Assembly (NCBI RefSeq): GCF_037042905.1
Contig: NC_087252.1
Coordinates: 22,632,001 to 22,696,000, forward strand
Direction of reading: 5' to 3'
Source of the DNA: Lytechinus pictus
Lineage: Eukaryota
Length of the DNA: 64,000 nt
The notes under the pieces are model-generated. The model was not told the origin of the DNA, did not search any database, and saw only the letters and a list, made by a program, of their open reading frames with translations. Both the position numbers and the translations under genes were made by a program. How positions within the stretch are numbered: position 1 is the stretch's first letter; every line of letters begins with the position of its first letter. Positions 1 through 13,200 of the stretch are shown piece after piece.

Positions 1-67
1 AAGCTTCGTTTATAACTGCCTCCAGTTCATTCTTGCTCTTCTGTTTATTAAGACCATCATCCTTCGT
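1..67 (-). pseudogene. Putative terminal exon of the SLCO/OATP-like gene; runs off the window edge
   Basis: Minus strand ccttcttctctgtttc(a)ncgtag|ACG AAG GAT GAT... reads TKDDGLNKQKSKNELEAVINEA, open to the edge. Phase 0 fits the TM12-like frame of the 1433-1640 exon. Confidence 0.45.
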
Positions 68-337
68 CTACGTTTTTTTTTTTTGAAACAGAGAAGAAGG
101 TTATTAACATGGATAAAAAATAGCACCTAAATCTATTTTGAAAAACCACTTGAGAGACTTGAAACAACAATCCAGTGCCTTGTCAGGGAGGAGCGAGAGG
201 CATATACTATATGGGCCACGAAATTTGGAAATGTGATGGGGCAAAAGAGGGGGCAGAACAACTATTGAAAAGTTAGATCTTACGAACAAGTTAGAACGAA
301 TCAAGAAGCCACTTGTGTCAAAAATTTGAAGGGGTTT

Positions 338-1330
338 CAGCGTGGCGTCTGCCCATGAAATTGGATGACATCTTTTTCATAGAAACCATCTAAGGACCAC
401 CACCTTAATCACCACCATTATCAACATTACCCATAAAACCTTCACAATTATCACCATTGTAAAGGCATCACCATCAACATTTTTATTTGTCATCGCTACC
501 ATTACTACCATCACCATTATCAACATTACCATTATCACCATAATCTTCACCACCATCACCATGATCACATTATTATAGCCGTCAGTGATCAACATTACCA
601 CCTGTACCGTCATCACCATACCCTAAAATGTCATCACCATCACTGCCATTACCACCATATGATCATCGTCATTACCATCACCATCATGATGATCATCACC
701 TGGGATCATCAACACTCCCATCATCATCTCCGCTATCACCACCAGTTCCATCATCGTCATTATCATCATCCTCGTCATTTCCATAACCACCATTCACAGG
801 GATGTCAGCTTAGCGTCTGCCCATGACATTGGATGACATCTTTTTCATAGAAGCCATCTCAGGACCACCACCTTAATCACCACCATTACCAACATTACCC
901 ATAAAACCTTCACAATTATCACCATTGTAAAGGCATCACCATCAACATTTTTATTTGTCATCGCTACCATTACTACCATCACCATTATCAACATTACCAT
1001 TATCACCATAATCTTCACCACCATCACCATGATCACATTATTATCGCCGTCAGTGATCAACATTACCACCTGTACCGTCATCACCATACCCTAAAACGTC
1101 ATCACCATCACTGCCATTACCACCATATGATCATCGTCATTACCATCACCATCATGATGATCATCACACGGAATCGTCACCACTCCAATCATCACCTCCG
1201 CTATCACCACCAGTTCCATCATCGTCATTTTCATCATCCCACGGAATCGTCACCACTCCAATCATCACCTCCGCTATCACCACCAGTTCCATCATCGTCA
1301 TTTTCATCATCCCGTCATTTTCCATAACCA
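338..1330. repeat. 468-bp tandem duplication of (CAT/CAC)n-rich low-complexity sequence
   Basis: gcgtctgcccatga...ttggatgacatctttttcatagaa recurs 468 bp apart; ORFs 377-619 and 845-1087 are near-identical. Confidence 0.9.
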
Positions 1331-1432
1331 CCATTACCCTTACATTTCCATGGCCGTTAGTCACGCTCATCCTCAAAATTATCATTAGCGTCACCACCAC
1401 CATCACCACTAGCGTCATCGCTGTGTCCTCAC

Positions 1433-1640
1433 CCGTAGCTTTTCCTTGATAGAGAAATACATGCAGGTTACACACAGAACGGCAACACCCTGTAGAGCCA
1501 TGGCGGTACCAAAGTATAGGACATCCTGTATCGCTTGTTATCGTACACCCAGCAAGAACCCCTGTCGCCATCACTCATCTGCCAGTGGATGCATACCGAA
1601 TTGATAAAGGCGCCAAAATAGATCGGAGCAAGGAAGAATC
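1433..1640 (-). pseudogene. Penultimate exon of an organic anion transporting polypeptide (SLCO/OATP family), frameshifted
   Basis: Acceptor with branch-like ttctaac...cacag, donor GTGAG. Reads GFFLAPIYFGAFINSVCIHWQMSDGDRGSCWVYDNKRYR (OATP C-terminal signature), then after a frameshift VLYFGTAMALQGVAVLCVTCMYFSIKEKLR (TM12-like). Confidence 0.75.
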
Positions 1641-1864
1641 CTGTGTTGAACGAAGCATGCGCGTTAGAATAAAGAGTAAAGAATTTCTATCTCCTTCAGC
1701 AGTTTTACTTTAGGGTCGGCAATGCTGCTAAATAAAGTTTTGTTGGAATTCTCCTCCAATCATTCCATTTACAAAAAAAATATAATCTGAAGAAATCCTT
1801 CCCAGGGTCTGAGGTGCGCACTCATTTTTCCTACGACCCTTTCTTCCTATTTTCTTATATTGTA

Positions 1865-2096
1865 CACAGCAAAAACTGTGGTGTTAACCGGTGTATACAG
1901 AGGACCACATCAGTTATTTTACACTGATGTTAAATTGACAGTGTTAGTTTAACACCTATGGGTGTACACCTTTGGTTGTTACATTTACACTCTTTGGTGT
2001 TATATTCAATCTCTAGGGTGTAATTTCAACACCTCAGGGTGTGGTCCTCTATTAACACCAATTGGTGTCAGTTTTAACACTACAGTTTTTACAGTG
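1865..2096. mobile_element. Non-autonomous DNA transposon (MITE), CAC(A/T)G termini, EnSpm/CACTA-like
   Basis: TIRs cacagcaaaaactgtggtgtt / aacactacagtttttacagtg, flanked by TA, with internal aacacc subrepeats. Confidence 0.7.
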
Positions 2097-2367
2097 TAAC
2101 ACAGTTTGGGAGTTTGGACTTTCATTTCTTTAAAGTCTCCCTTCAATTTAAAACCCCAGAAGATGCAGAAGTGCAAAGTGCAATCTTGCCCATATCGGAA
2201 TTAGGACCTCAAAATCTGCCTTTTTACGGAGGAGATAATGAGGCGAGATTTTAGTATAACGTTTGTTTTAACTATATAGACGCGTTGACGATGTTGAAAA
2301 AGACGCCGGATGCTCTTCATTAGAGTATAGCATTTTTATGCAACATTTTACGATAGTACCAGATGAC

Positions 2368-3325
2368 TCTTGTCTTGTCTTGTCTCGGGTTAAGTCGGCA
2401 TATGCAGACTTGCTGTACTCCGCCAACTTTATTGATGTGTGTGAAATCACCAAGTAAGCAGGTCACTTGCTAGGTTTTTGATTGAGTTTGGATTTGAAAG
2501 AGTCTAATTAGTTTATCAATGTTGTGTCCATGTTTAACTCGTTCCAATCTTTGGTAGTTCGAGGGAAGAAGCTGTATCTATGAGCATCCCTTTTGACTAG
2601 TAGACGCTGGAGCTTGATACTATTTCCTCTAGTCTGCCGGGTGTTTTGCTGGATGAAGTTTTTGGGGTTGATGGCAACAAGACCTTTGATTATTTGGAAC
2701 ATTAGGCTCAGTCTACTGTATTTCCGTCTGTCTTCCAATGAGTCCCATTCTAAGGCCAGTAACATGGTTGTGACGCTACTGGTTTGTCTGTAGTTCCCCA
2801 TACAGAAACGAGCTGCCTTTCTCTGAATGGCTTCTATTTTCTGGGTATCCTTCTTGTAATGGGGATCCCATGCAGGGGAGGCGTATTCCAGGATTGGTCT
2901 CACCAACGTTTGGTAGGAAAGTTGTTTTATTTCCTTGGGAGCAGACCAAAAGTTCCTTCTCAGGAAACCGAGTACTCTGGAAGCTTTGGAGCAGACTTTG
3001 TTGATCTGGGCGTCCCAGCGCATCCTGTTATCCATTTCAACACCAAGGTAAGAGCATGTAGACACTTCTTGTAGTTTTTGGCCACAGAAGGTGTAATCTC
3101 TTTCTGTAGGAATCTGTACTGCCTTGGATGGTATTTTCATGATGACACATTTGGCTGGATTGAAGGACATGGCCCATTTATTCTGCCACTCTTCTAGTTT
3201 TGACAGATCGTCTTGGAGGATTTGAAAGTCATTAGAATTTGTGCCAGAAGTGTAAATGACACAATCATCGGCGAACAGCCTTGTCGTTGACAGGAGGCCA
3301 TCAGGTAGATTATTGATGTACATAA
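2368..3325 (-). mobile_element. 5'-truncated CR1/L2-group LINE (RT C-terminal part plus 3' UTR)
   Basis: ORF 2508-3323 with RLFADDC, YLGV and LVRPILEYASPAWDPH motifs; 3' UTR has AATAAA and an (AGACA)n tail near 2370-2386. Confidence 0.9.
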
Positions 3326-3634
3326 GACTCGGACTCGTCGAGATCCTAGCTAGCTCGATGACGTACCCATGTGTTTCATATCCTCATAATGAAATCACTG
3401 TTGTTCAAGCTATATATTCTTTAAAAAAAAAGAGCAGCAAAATATACTGAGAAAACGTAATAAAGTAAAGAAACTACAGCTAGGCCTAACCCTTCTACCC
3501 GATGCCCTCAAAGGGGAAGTTCAACATGAAAAACAGTTTATTGTTTCTGTTTATTTCTGTTTATGGTAACTCCCGCAGGAACTCGGCAAGTCAGCATTTT
3601 GCTGGTAAACGTCAAGCTGGTATATATATAACCA

Positions 3635-3648
3635 GTTACCTCGGAAAC
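3635..3648 (+). promoter_or_regulatory. Candidate RFX X-box upstream of the coiled-coil gene
   Basis: GTTACC-TC-GGAAAC resembles GTNRCC(N0-3)RGYAAC; further half-sites at ~3563 (ATGGTAAC) and ~3661. Confidence 0.35.
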
Positions 3649-3693
3649 ATTTTACGTCTAGGTTACCTAATCAGTCATAGTGGCTGACGTTTT

Positions 3694-3815
3694 ATAGACG
3701 ACAGATATCACTCTCGGGCCTTTTTATCAAAGTGGCGACAATGGCAGAGTTGGGATTCGAACTCACAACCTTGCGATTATGAGTCGAATGCTCAAACCAC
3801 TGGACCACACGACCC
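3694..3815 (-). mobile_element. tRNA(Met-like)-derived SINE head
   Basis: Minus strand gggtcgtgtggtccagtggtttgagc...gactCATaatc...gagttcgaatccc has A/B boxes, but the acceptor stem does not pair. Confidence 0.7.
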
Positions 3816-4245
3816 TGAAACGACTCTGAAAAATAGCACCAAAATTTTTTAAAGAATAATTGTGAAGATTTGAGAAAATTTATCAAAGATTAATAAAAGT
3901 TATTTTAAAAAAAAATTTGTAACGTCATATCTGTGCTGAAAGCTTCCCAACATGGTAAAATCAATTAAATGTTATTTTCTTTACATGGTTTTTTTTTTGT
4001 ACCTTCAGGACCAATTACAGACAAGTTCTTTCACCCCTGCTTCTGAGACTTCATGGTGAACTTCCCCTTTAATTCGAACGCCCTCATTGGTACTGGTGGG
4101 GCAAGGAGAATAGATATGTAACTAATGAAAACAACTCTCATCTTCGTCCCTTCGACGTCGTTTTTACTTTTTACATAAGCATAACGTCAAGTCATCTAAT
4201 TTTTTTATCGAGAAGTTTCATCTATCCCATCGTAATCTTTCAGAA

Positions 4246-7200
4246 ATGACTTCAAATCGGAAGAGTTCTGAGACGAAGAGTCGGGAGAATGCAGCATTTC
4301 TCAAGATGCGGGTTGAAGAGGTATAAAAAGTAGGCCTAGTAAATTTCAGTCCCATACGTGAAGAATTATGCTGGCTTCTTTGTGACAGAATTGATTGCAA
4401 ACGCACGCGCACCGATTAACATAGACAGCTGGCAGCCGTCTGTTTCGAGGAGTTTTTAAACATTTTTTTATTTTTTTAATTTCTCCTCATACACAGACGG
4501 CTCGCTATCGTGCAGCCACCATTAGGGAACTTACAATGCAAAATCCCCCCGTCGGGGCTCTTCAATTTTTGTCTTTAATGAATCAAACTTTTGAAAATTA
4601 ACGCGACCGAAATGCAAATTAATATTCCCTCTTGGCATTAATTGCCAAAAAACGGGGAAAATCAAGTTAAAAGGAACAAAAACAGTGACTTACCTTGGCT
4701 GTCGCGCAACTTCACTGCCCTGTTTTATCCGAACTTAATACACATAAACATATGATTGAGTCCCCTGTACAGATGCAGATCGCGCTAGAACTTCGGTCTC
4801 TGTAGGCCTATTTGGTGAGCGAAGCCAACGGAGTTCAGCTGAACAACCAACATAACAGAGACCGAAGCTTTTGGTCTACGATTAACATTAAAATTTAAGA
4901 CTCAAGTCTCAGAGCTGTGCCTCCGGGACGGTTCTGGTTGTACAATATTGATGTCTTGATTATAGAATTACAGGTGCATTTGGTGAATAAGTATAGCAGT
5001 AGGGTGTCTGAAGCCACACTGAAAAGTGTCGGCATAAAACAGGCTGATTTAGGACTAGGTCTCTAGGAGAAAATATGGCACATTTTTTTCGGGAGGTTCA
5101 GGCTACTAGAAAAATGTGATCTGAATTGATTATTAACTTGTGTTTGGCATGTATGGAAAGAGAAAATTCAGGGGCTCCTTTTGACAGTAAGGACAAGTTT
5201 ATATGATCATTTTAAATAAGGATTTAGAGATAAATTGCAAACCCTTATTTTTGTGTGTTGAGATTGCCATTTCCCCATGCGTTTTCTATGACTATGGGAA
5301 AATTAAATTTCTGTTTTGCACAATTTTTTCACTTTGTCGCAATTTTTCATTGTGATCTGGTTTCCAAATCTTTATAAAAATCATACCATCAGAAAGAGCA
5401 TAAAAAATTCTATTGGACTCTTTATGGACAAGTTTTTGGCATTAATAATAAATTTATGACAGCTCTCGGAAGCTAAAAATTTGGATTTGTGTGTGTCCAT
5501 TTCTTAACTACACAGTCTATGGCAGAGAAATGCTGAAAATTGACCTAATTTCATTCTTCTTTTTTGCAGCCAATAATTTGATTTTTTTTCAAAAATGTTA
5601 CATTTCTGTCAGTCTGAAGGTCATTTCTCTTCAAATTCACAAAGAAAATGTGATATTTTCTTGAAATAAGAAAAATAATTTTTTTCTCCAGACACCCTAA
5701 TAGCAGCGTAAGCTACCCAGAATTTGACCATGCTGTTTTATATTATAGCTTTTTTAAACCCTTTTTTGCAATAATTTTGTTATGAAAATAAAATTTCTTT
5801 TCACACTGACTGTGCATCAATGTTGTTGAATGTTGTTTTCGATTTTGACTTGCAATGTTTATTTATTCCTATCTCAATATTTCATTCAAGAATCTTGTAA
5901 TATATCGCCATGTTTTGTGCCATGCCGTGCCCGCCAGTTGTTTTGACAGAGAGCCCCGCCCTCTCTTCGACATAGCTAGGCATCCTCGGCTTACTTACAG
6001 CAACAAAAAATATTTAAAGCACTTGATTTGTCATAAAAAATACCTCAAAATAATCCTCAACACCTAAAACCTAATGAAACTTACCTAAAACTAAAAGTTA
6101 CGGAAATTTCATATAACTTCTCCAAAAGTAACAAAATGGATGAAAAGTGTAGAAAAATGTGTTCGTAGACGAAATTGGTTCTCGCTCAGCTGTATGTCGC
6201 ATGCAGGCGCGTTCACACTTAGTATACCCATCTTGTGTGTAAACATTGGTGTGCACTAGTGAAAATCCATGAAATTCATTATACAAGCCTACATGTATAT
6301 ATATGTGCCTTCTATTTTTTATAAAATTTAATGAGATCCTAATTTTGTTTTGGCCTATTTAGACCTGCCAACCAGTACGATTTAGCCGTATTTAGTACGT
6401 TTATGCAACCGAAATACGGCAGTACGTTTTTTCTTTGAAAAATATGTTTTTTTTTAAAAAAAAAAAAACTAAATCGTAATTTATTGAGAAAAATAATCTC
6501 TATATGTCTCTTTTCATAAAACGTGCACAAATATGGTTATTAGATCAATGTAATTTCATGTAACTTGTTTTTTTTTTCAATCATTTTGTTCAAACCAGGG
6601 TGAAGATATACACATGTTTTAATTTTTTTTTTTTCATCTGCAAGAGCAGTGCGCATTTTAGCTTGCATGCAGCTTGATCGCCGCGATGAGCGAGTGCGCC
6701 AAGCATTTTATTATGAAATACACTTTTTTTGGGAAAAATACAGTTTTTTTTATCACAAAATACAGTTTTTCATTCCCAGAGGTTGGCAGGTCTGCCTATT
6801 CTATGATGAACTTTGGGGCATCAAAAATATCTAGAGATGGAAGGACTCTGACTCCCTGGCCCGTATTCTGAAGTCAGGTTTAAGTTAAACTCAGGTTTTA
6901 AGTTGTGGTTTGAGTATGGACAGCCAAAAGTATCAAATTGTTAAATTAAGTTGTACGTTTCTTATGTTTGCTGTGCTCTTTCCTGATTCATCGATGGTGA
7001 AGACAATAATCTGTATATACTTCCTAGACAATTATGAATGATTTGAGAGCCAAATGAGCTGAAATATTATATCCCTACTGTTAGTGATTTATGTAACAAT
7101 TGGCTGTCCATACTTAAACCACAACTTTATACCTGAGTTTAAGTTAAACCCGACTTCAGAATACGGACCCCTGAAATTTGTGTGAAATGAATGGGTGCAT

Positions 7201-10200
7201 CGATATTGGGCACCATTCTTTTTTAATCTAAAAATGATAGGCCGTTGTTTATGCTCCTTCCAAGTCCAATTTTTGTATTCTGTTCTTAAAGGGATGGTCC
7301 AGACTGAAAATGTAAATAGAGTAAAATTCACAAAGCAAAATGCTGAAAATTTCATCAAAATCGGACAACAAATAACAAAGTTATTGACTTTTAAAGTTTA
7401 TCAATTTTTGTGAAAACACTTATATGCACATCATCATAAATATTTATTAGGTGGGCTGATCATGATGTCATATCCCCACTTTCCTTTTTCTTATGTTATT
7501 ACATGATATCATAATTGATTCATTTTTTCATATGTGTAAATGATTTGTCTCCATTATGATGAAATAAGTTGGGGCAATAAAAAACTAGTGCACTTAATCA
7601 GTTTCTCAATCCGATTGATTTAGTTCTTGGTAGAAAATTTTTGAATAAACCTAATTTCATGTAATAAAATGCAAAAGAACAAGTCTGGATATGACATCAG
7701 CCCACCTCATAAACGTAAAGACATGCCTAGAACTGTTTCACCAGAATAGTGCAAATCTTTAGATTCAAACACTTTTTTATTTGTTATCCGATTTTGATGA
7801 AATTTTCAGCAGTTTGCTCCGTGAATTTTACTCTATTTATTGAGATATAAATATCTCCAGCCTGGACTATCCCTTCATAAAAATACAATCCATACTCTTA
7901 CTCATTGCATTACACCATCCAAAGTATGCACATCTTTTGATTCATGATATTCTCTGATATGATTCAGAAACACATATTTTGCAACATTGTTTTGTTGTGG
8001 AGTGCAGAAATCCAAGCAAGCATCTGTAAATTGTATTTTTTCATTTTTTAAAAACATTTTTTCCTCATAATTCCACAGCTTGAGTCGGAAGTAAGTTCTC
8101 TGAAGAAAAGACTTGATGGACTAAGAAAGGCTAAGAATACGACTGTTCTGAAGAAAGAGAAGGAGTATGTTTCGGTGGGAGCATCAGAATCAAATAGAGC
8201 AAGTAAAAGGTATTTCAATCACCTGTCTAATATTAATAAGCAGGTGCAGATCCATTAGGGTTGGACACAATACCAGTTTTGGGGCCATATTGTTTTTACA
8301 CAATAGTCGGCCTCTCAAAACTATGGCTCGTATTCTGAAGCCAGGTTTAACTTAGACCATGGTCTAACTCTGTGCTAAAATTATGGGAAGCCAAAAGTGT
8401 CAAAATTTTTATTAAGTTGTATGTTTCTTATGTTTGCTGTCCTCTTTCCTGATTCATTGATGGTGAAGACAATCATCTTTTTATACTTCCTAGACAATTA
8501 TGAATGATTTGAGAGCCAAATTAGCTGAAATATGACATCTCTACTGTTACTGATTTATGTAACAATTGGCTATCCATACTTAAAACACAACTTTAAACCT
8601 GAGTTTAAGTTAAACCCGACTTCAGAATACAGGCCTGGATCCATGCCTGCTATAAAGACCACAACCCTTGCGCGGAATTCTTTATTTAAATATTGAGATG
8701 ATTGATACAGGAGCCTGCTACAAAGGCCACTTATTCATAAAAAGCAACCTTACTCAACTTTCTTTGGTGGTACAGATATATGGATAGTTGTCCTTCTGGG
8801 GGACTTAAAGGGGAATGAAACCTTTGGAACAAGTTGGCTTCTGTGGAAACAGAAAAATCAAAGAATAAGATCGAAGCAAGTTTGAGAAAAATCGGACAAA
8901 TAATGAGAAAGTTATGAGCATTTGAATATTGCGATCACTAATGGCAATGCGACAAATATTTGTGATGTCACATGTGAACAACTTTCCCTTTGATGGGATA
9001 TAAAATACCCTGAAAATGTCTATTTTTGCTCTTAGGGTGATACACACTCTTTATCCATAATGTATTCTTTGAAAATCTGTATTACATGCCCTCCTATAGA
9101 AAGAATATGTGATCTTCTCATAGATGTGATAAAAGAGGCATTTTTAAGTGAAATATATAGAAAAGTAATGGGAAAGTTGTTCACATGTGACATCACACAT
9201 CTTTGTTGCATTGCCATAGTGAGGATCTCCATAGCATTGGTGATCGCCATATTCAAATGCTCATACCCTTCTCACTATTTGTCCGATTTTTCTCAAACTT
9301 TCGTTGACTGATCTGTTTCTTTGATTTTTCTGTTTTCACACAAGCTATCTTGTTCTAAAGGTTTCATTCTCCTTTAATTTTTGGTTAAAAACCTTTTCTT
9401 TCTTTTTTTTTCGCTTGTCAAATTTTTCCTCGGAAAAAATGTGCCCCCCCTCCCTTTGGAAAATCCTGGATCCGTCCCAGATTGAAGGTAAGGAATCTTA
9501 GACTAAATGGTTCATAAATCATACTTTTAAGTCTTGCCATCAGTCATAATTCTATCAGTTAATTGCAAATTCAAAGTTGAAATCAATTGCTGGTTCTTTT
9601 CTTGCACCAAGATATGGGTATAAATAGGACTTCTTTAGTTAACATTGATCTGTCACTTGTAAATTCTGAACATTTTCTTGCCACACCCCCTTTGATAGAC
9701 GGTTTATTTCCAATTTGTCTAATGCCAATTGTCCAATTGCCAACTCATCTACTAACATTTGGTCAACCATCAATTTATCCACTCACCGCATGGTCTACTT
9801 TCATTTAGTCTAATGCCATTCCGTCTAACAACCAGTTGGTCCAATAGCAATTTATTCCATACCAGTTGGTCTAATTGATCTAAGTGTTAAATTGTGCAAA
9901 ATGAATGAAAATGAAATGGATATTAGACCAACTGGTTATGAGACGAAAAGGTCATAGACGAAATGATGATTACACGAAGTGATAATTGGACTAGATGGAT
10001 AATGGACCAAATGGTTGTTAGACGAAATGGCATTATACTAAATGAAAGTAGACCATTTGATGAGGGGACGAGACTGATAGCTAATAACTGACGTTATTCA
10101 ATGTTGCCTGGGCAGATTAGGAAAAAAAACAATGCTTCTCTATAGTTCTCTGGAATTACTTTGTGTCCTTTTCATTCACATTAACAGGCCGTCCATTTCA

Positions 10201-13200
10201 GAAGATAAGAGCAGTGAACTTCAGAAAAAATTAAAAGATCTGAGTCTTCAACACGCAGACGAGATGAGTGCCTTGAAGAAGAAACACAGTGCCGATCTTA
10301 AAAAGTTGCAAGTAAGTAAAAACCAAAGACCAAAACAGACAAATGCAGCTGAGTGTATAATTTCAGCTCCTAAAAAGACTTCCTAAGCTCCTAAACATTG
10401 ATTCAGGCTAATACTTAGCACACACAGTATATCTCCTGTGTGAATGGCATTTTGAAAATAATGCTCTTGAGGTTACAGGCATCTATCTGAGGTTAAATTC
10501 AAATTCATTTATTTCACAACTCTAAAAAGTATACAAGATACAATACATTGAGATCAAATCAAATCAATCAAAATTAATCCATAGTAATGGAGCAAATGTA
10601 TTTTGTAAAATTATGACAAAGTAACAAAAATAACAGGTTACATAGGGTAATGAATGGGACGTAAGGGAGTAGCAAAATTCAAATAGGCCTATCTAGGCTA
10701 CTCCCTGATTAACATTCATTACTGGAAAAATAAAAATAAAAATTAAAAATCTTGCAATCAACTTATTAGATTGCAAGAAACACGATTGACAAAATCAACC
10801 AAATCAGCAAACTAGTAAGGAATTTGCATAAAACAACAACTGTAACAAAAAAAATATGACGTTTTTGTCATTTTGCCTCCGACGAAGATTCTGCTAGGAT
10901 CGAAAGCGTAGGCCCCTTTTTGACTTTCTAAAAAAAATATTAAAAACGTACACATAAAACAGGAAAGCTTATTCATTGAGAAATATATAAAAATACCACA
11001 TACTTATAAAGTATAGGTAAACTTATCTACCCTCTCCTTCTCAGGGATCCATGTCACTCTGAAGCATTGATGATAATACCCATTTTAATAACAATGGTTA
11101 TTCTTTTTTACAGGGATAAGCCACTTCAGTTCATTATGAATTGTTCTCCCAGTGGGGCCTGCAAAACATAATGTTATCATTACTCTTCTTTGTTAAAAAT
11201 GTTGGGTGCTTGAGAAGAAGGCAGAATGTCCTATTTTCAAAGTCTATGCATGTAGTATGACTTGGCTGGGGATTGAACCCACAACCTCCTGGTCATGTGG
11301 TTTGCGTACTACCACTGCTGATTGATACCCTGATACAAAAGCTGCACCTTTTGCTAACATGACCTCAAACCTAACTATTATTTTCATATATTTTCTAAAT
11401 AAACCCTTATCATAATCCTTGTCATTTATCTTGGAAGCTTCTTATTTTCAAGTGTAAACGTTTTCGTTGCCCTCCTTTTTAATATTGTAATTATATTTCT
11501 ATATACGAATGTACAATTTGATAATGTTGTAATGATTGTCAAGAAAAAAAGAAATCGAATTTGAATTTTAGAATTTTCTTAATTTTCTTGCAAAAAGGCC
11601 AATATGAGGTTCTATTGTTCGCAAATTTTATCCGCTGAACCAATCTAATATTTATTGAATAGCTCATAATGAGATACTAGAATTATTCTAAGAATTTAGG
11701 CAAATATTCCATGAATCAAAGATGAGTAGAATATTGGCACTATTGCTAAAACACTCTATATAGATGATAAAATACAATTTATTATAAGTTTTGTTTGTCT
11801 CCTTTTCAGTTTAAATGTGACTTATAATTCTTTGAAAACATTTATCAATCAGAAAACACCTTTTTTTTAAGAATTGAGCCACCTTCCAAAGATTTGACTC
11901 AGAGCCCAACTTGCCTCTCAAGATAGGATCTGCTCAATGATGTAATTTCTTATCCCAAAAGTCTTTTCAGTCTATAAGTATTTTTATTTATTTTTTAATC
12001 CTGTTCTACATACAGTTGCAGGTTTAATACAATATCTACTCTTGTGGGTATTTGTACATTTTTTATCTATTCAATTATTTGCAAATGTATGATGGAATAT
12101 ATATCTTTAATACATTTCTTGTTCCTTGTTTGTTATGACAGTCTGAGAAAGCGAAGCCCACTACACCAGAGAAGTGCAATCACGAGGAAGAGATCCTCCG
12201 TCTCAAGGGTGAAATAACCGAACTGAAAGAGAAGAATGCCAGTTTGGAGGATGTAAACTCAGCACTCAAAACAGAGACTCTCTCACTTCATGCAAAATTT
12301 GAGGAACTTTTTACTGAGCTGAGCCTCAAGGAAGCGCAGTGGTGTGAGAAGGAGGAACAATTAAATCTCAAGGTTGGTCAGTTTAGAAGGGGATGGGGTA
12401 AAGTTAAGTTTGTAGGTGCTTTTTGTGTTTTATTGTGGAAGAAACATGGTTCATTGGGTCTGACTCTTGCCTTGTAATTGAAGGGGTTTTTTTTTGGTAG
12501 CAGTGAGTCTTTATTTCCAAGTCAATTTAAAACTTCTTTAATTCTTACTGAGGTGCTAGCATCCTTTGGCAGAACATCAATATACACTTTGCCACTCTCC
12601 ACCCAGGTGTTTGATGGGTACTTAGGAAGATGCAAAAGCCAAGGTTTCATATCTAGCGATTTGAGCATGGAAGCTCTTGGATTGCTCCACAGGGAGTGGA
12701 GGAAGTGCATAAACTGTGTACTGGCAAGCCATAATTTCTTGGTTCGGGAATTGTGTATAGCTGTATTACTGACCGGAAAACCTGTTCATTGTCATTGCCT
12801 TATTTCAACATTCAGCTAATGCACACAAAAATATCTTATCAGGGATGTAGTCGAGACTGGCTTCGAGGCCACATTTTGCAGGCCTTGGCCTTGACCTGAG
12901 TCGAATGTTAAAAGTCTATGGAAGAAGGTTTTCTCCAGTGGCCTGGAGTGTTTAAAGGAGAATGAAACTCTTGGAGCAAGTTAGCTTTTGTGAAAGCGGA
13001 AAAATCAAAGAATAAGATCAACAAAAGTTTGAGTCAAATAGGACTAGCAATAGAAGAGTTATGAGCATTTGAATGTCGAGATCACTAATGCCCTGGAGAT
13101 CCTCCCATTGGCAATGCGACCAAGATCTATGATGTCACAGATGAACAACTCTCCCCTTTTGGACACTGAAAATATACCCCAAAACATCTCTTTTTGCTCA

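Noticed and set aside
377..1327. M/V/I- and H/S-rich ORFs
   Set aside because: Translations of a duplicated (CAT/CAC)n tract inside an intron.
1164..1574. 136-aa minus-strand ORF as a gene
   Set aside because: Wrong frame of the SLCO exon running into microsatellite.
3740..3815. tRNA-Met gene
   Set aside because: Acceptor stem does not pair and the sequence continues into a SINE body.
4688..4775. Minus-strand exon-like segment with GTAAGT donor as an upstream SLCO exon
   Set aside because: No OATP-like translation; looks like part of an interspersed repeat.
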